Part shown: in pieces, positions 55,826 through 64,000 of the stretch
How positions within the stretch are numbered: position 1 is the stretch's first letter
Layout: each line of letters begins with the position of its first letter
NCBI GenBank assembly: GCA_963796275.1
Contig: CAWCKY010000001.1
Location: 448,001-512,000 of the forward strand
Length of the DNA: 64,000 nucleotides
From: an uncultured Acidobacteriota bacterium
Lineage (GTDB): Bacteria > Acidobacteriota > Blastocatellia > RBC074
Direction: 5' to 3'
The notes under the pieces: model-generated
Seen by the model: only the letters and a program-made list of their open reading frames with translations
Databases searched by the model: none
Told to the model about the DNA's origin: nothing
Program-made: the position numbers and the translations under genes

Positions 55826-56115
55826 TGGTTCTACTACCTCAATGGTGTGTTACGGACGGGGGTTTGGATGAAATTATAACGGTTTTAACGAGATCACCAA
55901 CAAATTTCTTTTAAATTCGCTTTAATTATCGAATTAACTGCCTGGTAATTGGTTCTAAGGATGGCTTGTTTTATAAAGATCACCGCTTTAGACTCGCCAA
56001 GTCTGCCGGAGTGTATTGAACCAGCTGGTAGATTTCGATATCCTCGAGTCACAAACAATAATTTCGATCTGCATAAGTATAAGAGGACATTAAGTCCAAG
56101 AAGGAGACTTCAAGT

Positions 56116-56952
56116 ATGGTAAATAGTATTGTGCGGGTGGCAGGCAACCTGCTCGTTTCGTTGGTCTTAACCGTAGTGATGGTGTCGGCGAGTTTCTCGC
56201 AAGCTTCGCAATCCTCGCCATCATCCCCATCGTCGTCATCGACGTCATCGGCCCAACCCCCCAAGACTTCGGAATCGCATCCTGTTGAAGGATCGTATAG
56301 TGTCACCGCGGTCAGCGCCGAGCTCGGGACAATAAACTTCCTGATGGCGCTCAAGCGCAATGGCGAGAAGTGGACTGGCGAGATCAAGGATTCACCCACT
56401 CCTCTGACTCTTTCCACAGTCACGGTGGACGATAGCAACAAGGTCGCAATCGTCGCTGATGCTGGTGGGACAGCGGTGAACATCAATGGAAAGCTGGCTG
56501 GCGGCAAGATCACGGGTGAATGGGCCGCGGGCGATATAAAAGGGACATGGACGGCGGAGAAGAAGGCGGATTTGAAGCCGGGTGAAAGTGCTGTGGCATC
56601 GGCTTCCGGCACGGGCAGCTATACGTCCAGCAGTAGCGCTCCGGCAGCCGCGGGGCTTGAAGGAACATACGATGCGAAAGTCATTGCCGATGGCCAGGGA
56701 GAACTGACATTCACGCTCCTGATCAAACGCGATGGAGAGCAACTCGTGACTGAAGTCGAGGGCGCAGGTGATCTTAGTATTACCGGAATCTCCGTGAAAG
56801 ACCCGGATGAAGTAAAACTGACCGCAATGTATCAGGGACAAGGTCCGATCCCATTGAACGGCAAGCGCACTGGCGACGAACTGGGAGGTAAATGGGCAGC
56901 GGGTCCCTTCTCGGGCACGTGGTCGGCAAAGAAGAAAAGTAGCCAGAAGTGA
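56116..56952 (+). CDS. Secreted hypothetical protein with two internal repeat domains
   Basis: Signal peptide and Ser-rich linkers; EGSY..GEWAAGDIKGTW and EGTY..GKWAAGPFSGTW. Confidence 0.8.
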   Translation: MVNSIVRVAGNLLVSLVLTVVMVSASFSQASQSSPSSPSSSSTSSAQPPKTSESHPVEGSYSVTAVSAELGTINFLMALKRNGEKWTGEIKDSPTPLTLSTVTVDDSNKVAIVADAGGTAVNINGKLAGGKITGEWAAGDIKGTWTAEKKADLKPGESAVASASGTGSYTSSSSAPAAAGLEGTYDAKVIADGQGELTFTLLIKRDGEQLVTEVEGAGDLSITGISVKDPDEVKLTAMYQGQGPIPLNGKRTGDELGGKWAAGPFSGTWSAKKKSSQK

Positions 56953-57060
56953 TTCGCCTGGTCAGCAGGCGAGATTTTAGGAAAACAAAAAGGCAAAGTA
57001 GCAAACAGGGACAAAATATTTTTCGTCCCTTTTGCTATTTTTTTTTGCTCTTCTGATCTC

Positions 57061-57855
57061 TCACCAACCGGTAGAGAATAGCCGCAACGCCGCATTCGGA
57101 TCACACTTCTGATATTTATTGTAAGCAGCCGCAGCGCGTTTCCTGACGCTCTCTCCGTTCTCCTTCAGTATCCATCCATCGACCGCCGCTTTGAGGACAT
57201 AAGCCTCGGGCGCCATCAGCCCTGTCGTCCACAAAAGGGGATTGGCGCCAGTTTCACGGAGTGGTTTGGCAAAATAGTTTTTGCTGGCGCAGTCGAGAAT
57301 CACGGCATCACGATTTTTCATATCTGATCTTTTGGGATAGGCATCGAGCGAGAAATCCATGAGTCCATCGTGCCCGACATATGCGATCAAATCCGCGCCG
57401 CCCCCGATCTGCAACGCAAGCTTACGCGCGCCCGCCTGGACTGAAAGCGACTCTGAGTTTCGCCCCGCGGTGAAGGCTAAAAAATCTACCGTACACTTTT
57501 TGATCTCCCGCCCGCGATATGCATCAGCGACCAGGTAGAGATCTTTGCTCTGGTGTTTGAAGACCAGCCGTTCGAGGAGTTCAGGTTTCGGCCTCGGAAT
57601 CTCCGCAATCAGATTCCACTCATCAGATTTTTTGAAGAAGGTTTTGACGCCGTAGGCGGCCCCCCAATAGAGGTTGTTGGCGGGATCGTCGCCATTGCCG
57701 ATCCGCGGGGGAACAGGAACGATGCCTTGATATTTGTTATCGCACAATGCCACGAGAACGTGAATCATTCCGGAAGAAAAACGGTCGGCCGTATGAGAAA
57801 GAGAGAGAGGATTAACCACAAACATCACATAAATGACGAAGTACAAAAACCGCAT
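57061..57855 (-). CDS. Conserved hypothetical protein
   Basis: Long ORF with HVLVALCDN, NLYWGAAYG, YVGHDGLMD and WTTGLMAPEAY blocks; start uncertain. Confidence 0.75.
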   Translation of the reverse strand: MRFLYFVIYVMFVVNPLSLSHTADRFSSGMIHVLVALCDNKYQGIVPVPPRIGNGDDPANNLYWGAAYGVKTFFKKSDEWNLIAEIPRPKPELLERLVFKHQSKDLYLVADAYRGREIKKCTVDFLAFTAGRNSESLSVQAGARKLALQIGGGADLIAYVGHDGLMDFSLDAYPKRSDMKNRDAVILDCASKNYFAKPLRETGANPLLWTTGLMAPEAYVLKAAVDGWILKENGESVRKRAAAAYNKYQKCDPNAALRLFSTGW

Positions 57856-57905
57856 AAGAAGACGTATATTTTTTGTGCCTTTTGTTATTTTTGCGGTCAT
57901 TGTGA

Positions 57906-58562
57906 TTAATTTCCGGTTCTCAGATTGAGGTCCCTTTCTACTTCCGTTTTAAATTTTATCGGAAGCTGTTCCGGCGTAATAATAAGCGCTATCACCGATT
58001 CATATAGCGCTTTGTAAAACCATGTACGAAACTTAACCGCTTCGAGGATGGAAATTATCGCTGCCGTAAAGCATACGAGGCTGAATATCGCATACCTCCA
58101 AAGATATCCATTGCTGATAAATTCAATTGCGAAAATTACGGTGAAGAATAGCGCCCCCATGCTCGCCCCTCTGAGCATAATGCTCATGACATTGAAGCGC
58201 TCGACATCGTAAGCCATTTCCAGGTTGTGTCGCTTGATGTAGGAGAGCGGTATACTCCAGGGCATCTCCTTTGATTGTACTTCAATGCCGGAATATCTTT
58301 TATTCCACTCCATCATTGTCTTTTCGTGAAGCCGGGTTTTCGGATTGAAAAATCTATACCAATATTTGTTGGCGATTGGATCGATAATGAAGCCGGCAAT
58401 GTACGAGAAGATCGCGAAAAGCGGGAGTTCGATGGTGGATATGCTGGTAAATGTGAAGGCGTAGATTTGATAACGTCGAAGAATATAGAACAGAGCGCCC
58501 AGGAAAATTCCACCGGGAATCGTGCGAGCGAAAAAGTCATATAACCCTATTTTAATACCCAT
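57906..58562 (-). CDS. Hypothetical membrane protein (AT-rich)
   Basis: LYDFFAR.IPG N-terminus, about 4 hydrophobic segments. Confidence 0.75.
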   Translation of the reverse strand: MGIKIGLYDFFARTIPGGIFLGALFYILRRYQIYAFTFTSISTIELPLFAIFSYIAGFIIDPIANKYWYRFFNPKTRLHEKTMMEWNKRYSGIEVQSKEMPWSIPLSYIKRHNLEMAYDVERFNVMSIMLRGASMGALFFTVIFAIEFISNGYLWRYAIFSLVCFTAAIISILEAVKFRTWFYKALYESVIALIITPEQLPIKFKTEVERDLNLRTGN

Positions 58563-58820
58563 CTTCTTGCTCTCTTCGATTTTGAAGTCCTCGGCGGATA
58601 GCGAGGAGTTTCATATGATGTGTTTACTCACGAGGTGGCGAGTAAATCACAAAAGAGCGGGCCTTGCCAATGACTGAGGGAAAAAGCTGAGGATAGATAA
58701 TAGATAACGGATGGCGGAACATTTGGAGTGTGTGGGTGTTCGCGATAAGGAACGCAACACTAAAGGCTCCGCCATCCTCATACGTGCTTATTCACCTGAA
58801 ACCGCAGTGCCGATCGGATG

Positions 58821-59050
58821 TCATCGCACAGAGCTTCGATGAAGACTGACGATCTGCCAACCGCCTCGCCGTTTAAGGCAAAGGATCGTATAGCGGTATT
58901 GCTTCTTTTTTTCTTTGCCTTCTTCCTGGTAGAAGGATTTGCCGGCGAATGTGGCGACCATCGAATTGCCTTCACCATTGAGACTCAGATCGTCTATTTC
59001 GCTCCGATCGATCTTGAGATTGTTATAGCTGACCTCGGCGATGGGGGGAG
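58821..59050 (-). pseudogene. Orphan DUF4440 C-terminal fragment
   Basis: IDDLSLNGEGNSMVATF...KRRGGWQIV aligns with the C-termini of both BlaR1-like genes. Confidence 0.75.
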
Positions 59051-59178
59051 ATTTTGTGCAAAGACGCAAAGAGATTGATTTTTGTGCTTTGCGTCTTTGC
59101 GGTTGTGCCTATGCATCAGATAAATGTTCCACTGAAAAACGCTCTGGGGATTCTCCAATTTTGCCGCACTGTAGCCCC

Positions 59179-60925
59179 CTAGCGCATGAGGCTTACATGA
59201 GAAGCAATCCATAGCCAGCTGCCTTGCCGTTTGACGAGGTTGTCGGTATAGCGTAATCGCACTATCTTCTCTTGGCCGTCCTCCTCGTAGTAGGCTGTCC
59301 CAATAAAGGTGGCAACCATCGAATTGCCTTCTCCCTTGAGACGAAGATCGTCTATTTCAAATTTTGTGATCTTCATCCTTGGATGTTTAATTTCGGCGAT
59401 CACCTCCCCTTTGGATTGGACCTCACCGGATACACCGATCCCCTGGTAATCATCGGCCATCGTACGTTCAATGAACGCTATATCGCGTCTGAAATAAGCG
59501 TCAACGCTCTCATTAATCAGCGCCTTCACTTTATTGGTATCACTCTGGTCTCCCTGTAGCATCTCAGCAGCAGCGGCAGCGACATTCAAATACTGCGGCG
59601 TGGGCTTGGGATTGGGATTGGGTGTGGGCTCGGGATTGGGTATGGGCTTGGGATTGGGCGTCGATGGCGCGAGCGGATCCTGGTCGTTCCTGTCTTTCCC
59701 GGAATCATGCCCGAGCATGTTCGGCAGTGAGACCGTTTGCGCTTTTACGGCAGGCGAGGCAGTTCGATATCTCCTTTTTTTGAATAGAGGCCGACAGATT
59801 GGCGCTCTTCACTATTGCGGCTGTCTCGTTGAGCCCCCGTTGCAACTGTTGCGCAGTGGCCGGGCGATCAGGAACCAGCAATCCCGCCAGCGTGAGTATC
59901 AACACCGCCGGCAAAATCAAATAACGCCATCCTCGTGCGAGCACCCGCACTCGATTCGTATTCAGAACCATCTCGATTCTCCTTTCCAGAGCTTGTTTTG
60001 AAGTGAAGAAAGCCGGTTGGCGCAAACTGTCCGATGCCAGATCATCCAGCTTGCCTTTGACGCTCCGCTCGGCAGCTTTCACCAGGCTTTCCGCATACGT
60101 GGCCGCGTCGGCTCCGTTATTGATCACGCGGTCATCACAGGCCATCTCTCTCTCCAGACAAAACTGCCGGCAGGCGTAGCGCACCAACGGGTGAAAAAAG
60201 AAGGTGACCTTCAGGATCAGGGGTAGCAAATTTGTCAAATGATCGAACCTTGCCACATGCGCCAGTTCGTGCGCGATCATCCCCTCGCGCTCTTCCACCG
60301 ATGTCCATTCCGCCAGGTCCTCCGGCAACAGAATCACCGGATGCCGGATTCCGATCAGCACCGGTGAACGCACATCGGCTGAGAGGCTGAGTGAAACAGA
60401 CTGAGGAATCTCCAATGTAACCCCCAACTCCTCCGGCGTTGTTGTAGAGGCATGCCTGCTCGCTCTGAGCAACCGCCGGAGGCCGCGCACACTGCTAAGC
60501 AAAACAATCAAAGCTCCCGCAAACCATAAGCAAAATGCTCCTGGCAATATGTTAGACGCCCAGTCTATTTTCGGTGCCGCGCTTACCTCCGCCTTGTAGC
60601 CCGCCACAGGGAACCTCATCTCAGCAGCCGGAACGATCACCATGCGCGGCAACTCGGCAGCATAGCTCAATACCGTGCCCTTCCACCGCTGCTCTTGCGG
60701 TAGCGTCGATTTCGGCAACAAGGACGGCCACAATGGCAGAGTGAGGATCGCCAGCATCCCGATCAACCAGATCTGCTGGCGTAACGACGGCGTCTTCACA
60801 CGAAATAACTTCAACCCCGCCCACACGCACACCAACAGCACCAGCGCCTGCCAACTCCACACCAACAAATACAAAGCCGCCTGATCTGCGAACCTCACCA
60901 GAGACTCAATTATTGGATTCATCAT
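59179..60925 (-). CDS. BlaR1-like M56 peptidase-DUF4440 fusion copy 2, frameshifted in the 59720-59810 region
   Basis: HELAH, EMACD, LERRI; Pro-rich linker and NTF2-like DUF4440 in the 59179..59718 frame. Confidence 0.85.
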
Positions 60926-61329
60926 TTGCCTCCTTTGGCTGTTTGACTCTGCTTGGATGCTGCTCGCGCCGCGATCTTCGTACGCACTTCCCGCAGATCT
61001 TGTTCCGTCAGATCGCCCGTCTCCACCAAATGCAAGACTAGCGATGCGGCCGATCCGTCGAAGACCTGCTTGATCAGGTGCCCCAACACCCGACTGCGCG
61101 ATTTGTCCGGCTGCTGGCACGCCCGATAGACATGGGCCTTGCCCTGCACCCTATGCACCAGATGGCCCTTGCGCTCCAGCACCCGGATGATCGTCAGCAC
61201 ACTGTTGTAATGTCGATCCCCCGGCAGCCGCTCCTGTAATTCCCGGGCAGTCGCCTCGCCCATCTCCCAGATCACTCGCATGATCTCCAGCTCTTTGTCG
61301 GTAAAGGTTTCCGTCGGTGTCTGCGGCAT
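60922..61329 (-). CDS. BlaI/MecI/CopY repressor copy 2
   Basis: TDKELEIMRVIW, HYNSVLTIIRVLERKG, FDGSAASLVLHLV. Confidence 0.93.
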   Translation of the reverse strand: MPQTPTETFTDKELEIMRVIWEMGEATARELQERLPGDRHYNSVLTIIRVLERKGHLVHRVQGKAHVYRACQQPDKSRSRVLGHLIKQVFDGSAASLVLHLVETGDLTEQDLREVRTKIAARAASKQSQTAKGGK

Positions 61330-61346
61330 CTTTACTCCTCAATCTA

Positions 61347-61416
61347 TCAACGTATCCGTCCATTGAAATAAACCATATAGACTCTCTCATATAGTCGTCA
61401 AAGCACTCTAAGTTGA
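61347..61416 (-). promoter_or_regulatory. Promoter and putative operators of blaI copy 2
   Basis: TTGACG-18-TATGGT; TCAAC-N10-ATTGA at 61347-61366. Confidence 0.55.
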
Positions 61417-61587
61417 TCAGTTAAGCAATGAGCTCGGGTCGATTGGCACGTTTGACGAGATGAGATTGAGCGCAAAGACGCATATGTTGCTCTTTAATTT
61501 TCGTTTTTGCACTCTGTGCTGTTGCATCAGATATATGGTTCCTATGAAAAAAGTTCTAGGAATTCCCACAAATTCCCGTGTCGAGGA

Positions 61588-63297
61588 TTAGTGTTTAAGG
61601 CTCTGATGCCACCCAACGATTTGCCAACCGCCCTGCCTTTTGAGGAAGTTGACGGTCGTGCGGTATTGCACGATTTTCTCTTTTCCACCATCCTCGAAAT
61701 AGTACGTGTGGAGGAAAGTGGCTATCATCGAACTGTCGTCACCCTTTAGACGAAGATCGTCCATGTCAAACTTCGTGATCTTTACCTTGAGATGTTTAAT
61801 TTCGGCGATGTCCTCGCCTTTCGATGAAACCTCACCATTATTGCCTATCCCCTGATAATCATCGGCCAATACGCGTTCAAAGAAATCTATATCGCGCCTG
61901 AGCAGGGCTTCATTGCACTCTCGCAACAGCGCCATCACTATATTCTTATCATTCGTATCTTCCTGTCGCATCTTCCTGACAATACCAGAGTCATTCAAAG
62001 ACTTCGGCGAGGGTTTTGGCGGCGGCATACCTCCTGGCACACCTCCCGGTACACCGGTTGCCACCGGACTTTTCGGCGGTGGTGGTGGTGGCGGCGGCGG
62101 TTCGTCGCCCTTCCGGTTTTTGCGGGAAGCCTGCCGCAATAACAACTTCGGTTGACCACTTGCATCCTCGGGCGCCTTTTGCAACGACGCTGCTCTGTTG
62201 TCGAGCTGCTTTTGCAACTGTTGAGCAGTCGTTGGTTTGCTATTGACCAGTACCCCAGCCAACGCGATGATCAACAGCGCCGGCAGAATCAAATATCGCC
62301 ATCCTCGCGCCAGCACCCGTACTCGTTTTGTGTTCAATACCATCTCGATCCTCCTCTCTAGAGCTTGTTTTGAAGTGAAGAAAGCCGGCTGATGCAAACT
62401 GTACGACGCCACATCTTCGAGCTTTCCTTTGACGCTCCGTTCCGCCGCTTTCACCAGGCTTTCCGCATACATCGCCGCGTCAGCCCCACGATCAATCACC
62501 CTGTCATCACACGCAATCTCTCGCTCCAGACAGAACTGCCGGCAGGCGTAACGCGCCAGCGAATGAAAAAAGAAGATCACGTTCAGCGCGATAGGAACCA
62601 AATTCGTCATATGATCGAGCCTCGCCACATGCGCCAGTTCGTGCGCGATCATCGCCTCCCGCTCTTCTACCGATGTCCATTCGGCGAGGTCCTGCGGCAA
62701 CAGAATCACCGGATGCCGGATACCGATCAGCACCGGTGAACGCACTTCTGCAGACAGTTTGAGTGAAACAGCGCGAGGAAGCCCCAGAGCGATGCCCAAC
62801 TCCTCCGCCGTTGTTTGAGCCGCATGCTTGCTTGCTCTGCGCAACCGCGTGTAACCGCGCGCGCTACGAAGCAAGGTAATTAAGGCTCCCGCAATCCATA
62901 AACAAAATGCAGCAGGCAGTACTCTAGACAGCCAGTGTTTTTTCGGCGGCACGGTCCCGGCTATGTGCTCCGTTACAGGAGGGTTCCCGGCGTCTGAAGC
63001 GGGAATGATGACAAGGCGCGGCAACTCCGTCGCATAACTCAAGGCTGTCCCCTTCCACGGCCGCTCTTGCGCCAGGGTCGATTTCGGGATCAAGCGCGGT
63101 AAGAGCGGTAGTGTGAGAACCGCCAGCAGACTGATCAGCCAGATATGCTGGCGCAACGACGGCGTCTTCACCCGAAACAACGCCAACCCAACCCACACGC
63201 ATACCAACAGCACCAGCGCTTGCCAACTCCATACCAGCAGTTCCAACCCCGCCTGATTAGCGAACCTCATCAGAGGATCAATTAATGGGTTCATCAT
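61588..63297 (-). CDS. BlaR1-like M56 peptidase-DUF4440 fusion copy 1 (intact)
   Basis: HELAH, EIACD, poly-Pro linker, C-terminal NTF2-like DUF4440. Confidence 0.9.
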   Translation of the reverse strand: MMNPLIDPLMRFANQAGLELLVWSWQALVLLVCVWVGLALFRVKTPSLRQHIWLISLLAVLTLPLLPRLIPKSTLAQERPWKGTALSYATELPRLVIIPASDAGNPPVTEHIAGTVPPKKHWLSRVLPAAFCLWIAGALITLLRSARGYTRLRRASKHAAQTTAEELGIALGLPRAVSLKLSAEVRSPVLIGIRHPVILLPQDLAEWTSVEEREAMIAHELAHVARLDHMTNLVPIALNVIFFFHSLARYACRQFCLEREIACDDRVIDRGADAAMYAESLVKAAERSVKGKLEDVASYSLHQPAFFTSKQALERRIEMVLNTKRVRVLARGWRYLILPALLIIALAGVLVNSKPTTAQQLQKQLDNRAASLQKAPEDASGQPKLLLRQASRKNRKGDEPPPPPPPPPKSPVATGVPGGVPGGMPPPKPSPKSLNDSGIVRKMRQEDTNDKNIVMALLRECNEALLRRDIDFFERVLADDYQGIGNNGEVSSKGEDIAEIKHLKVKITKFDMDDLRLKGDDSSMIATFLHTYYFEDGGKEKIVQYRTTVNFLKRQGGWQIVGWHQSLKH

Positions 63298-63701
63298 TTG
63301 CCTCCATTGGCTGCTTGACCCTTCTTGGACGAAGTTCGCGCCGCGATCTTCGTACGCACTTCCCGCAAATCGTCTTCGGTCAGATCTCCCGTCTCCACAA
63401 GATGCAAAACCAGTGATGCGGCCGATCCCCCGAAGACCTGCTTGATCAGGTGCCCCAACACACGGCCCCGCGATTTGTCCGGCTGCTGGCGCGCCCGGTA
63501 GACGTGAGCCTTGCCCTGCGCCCGGTGCGTCAGATGCCCCTTGCGCTCCAGCACCCTGATGATCGTCAGCACGCTGTTGTAATGGCGCTCACCCGACAGC
63601 CGCTCCTGAATCTCCCGCGCCGTCGCCTCGCCCATCTCCCAGATCACCTGCATGATCTCCAGCTCCTTGTCAGTGAAAGTTTTTGTCGGCGTCCGTGGCA
63701 T
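63294..63701 (-). CDS. BlaI/MecI/CopY repressor copy 1
   Basis: Same motifs as copy 2; ATGA overlap with the M56 gene. Confidence 0.93.
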   Translation of the reverse strand: MPRTPTKTFTDKELEIMQVIWEMGEATAREIQERLSGERHYNSVLTIIRVLERKGHLTHRAQGKAHVYRARQQPDKSRGRVLGHLIKQVFGGSAASLVLHLVETGDLTEDDLREVRTKIAARTSSKKGQAANGGK

Positions 63702-63725
63702 CTTTCCTCCTCCTTATTTAATTAA

Positions 63726-63795
63726 CCAACGTATTTATCCGTTGATGCGGACTATAATGAGTTCGCATGCGATTGTCAACGTATTTTTTAGTTGA
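63726..63795 (-). promoter_or_regulatory. sigma70 promoter flanked by two palindromic operators
   Basis: TTGACA-17-TATAGT (63779-63751); CCAAC-N10-GTTGA at 63726-63745 and TCAAC-N10-GTTGA at 63776-63795. Confidence 0.75.
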
Positions 63796-64000
63796 TTAAT
63801 TCAAGAGACGTTGGCACCGCAGTCAACCGTGGTCAGTGGAGGAGCAGGTACAGACTCACTCTCCAAAACGTACCCAACCCGGGCCGTTCAGCTTATCTAT
63901 AGACTGGGAATTTTGGACGGGTGTTTTTACTGGGCCGGTTCTTCTGCAATTCTTCCAATGCGAACTGGACTGCGCGTTCGAGTGTGCATCCCGCCCCGCT

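Noticed and set aside
59774-59781. Programmed -1 frameshift at A AAA AAG
   Set aside because: The -1 frame hits TAA within about 10 codons; joining DUF4440 needs the +1 frame
59705-61120. 471-aa ORF starting inside blaI
   Set aside because: The true start is the ATG overlapping the blaI stop (about 60925), matching paralog copy 1

Overview
Bacterial chromosomal window, most consistent with Acidobacteriota (Blastocatellia-like; an inference from protein style and gene families). Bases 1-11.6 kb hold the end of the S10 cluster, the spc operon and the alpha operon (rpsQ to rplQ), followed by accB-accC. Next come an unannotated, densely base-paired ~200-250 nt intergenic RNA candidate, a DUF1080/APC-permease pair, a 26-aa histone-H1-like microprotein with its own promoter and terminator, tRNA-Arg(CCG), secA and an SbcC/Rad50-like ATPase. 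The accessory part contains a tandem duplication of SBBP beta-propeller genes with divergent loops, and a sugar-catabolic operon split by an AAA ATPase/DUF4276-like pair. It also holds a phosphate-scavenging cluster (S1/P1 nuclease, PhoD, YncE-phosphoesterase), ttcA, thiL and a nested MITE/REP/IS4 (IS50-like) insertion stack. The last third has a catalytically degenerate M16 peptidase, a K+-independent membrane pyrophosphatase, and two tandem BlaI/BlaR1(M56)-DUF4440 units with a shared palindromic operator. Many spacers carry 7-nt or 9-nt periodic inverted repeats. Several single-base frameshifts, including one in essential accB, look like long-read indel errors.
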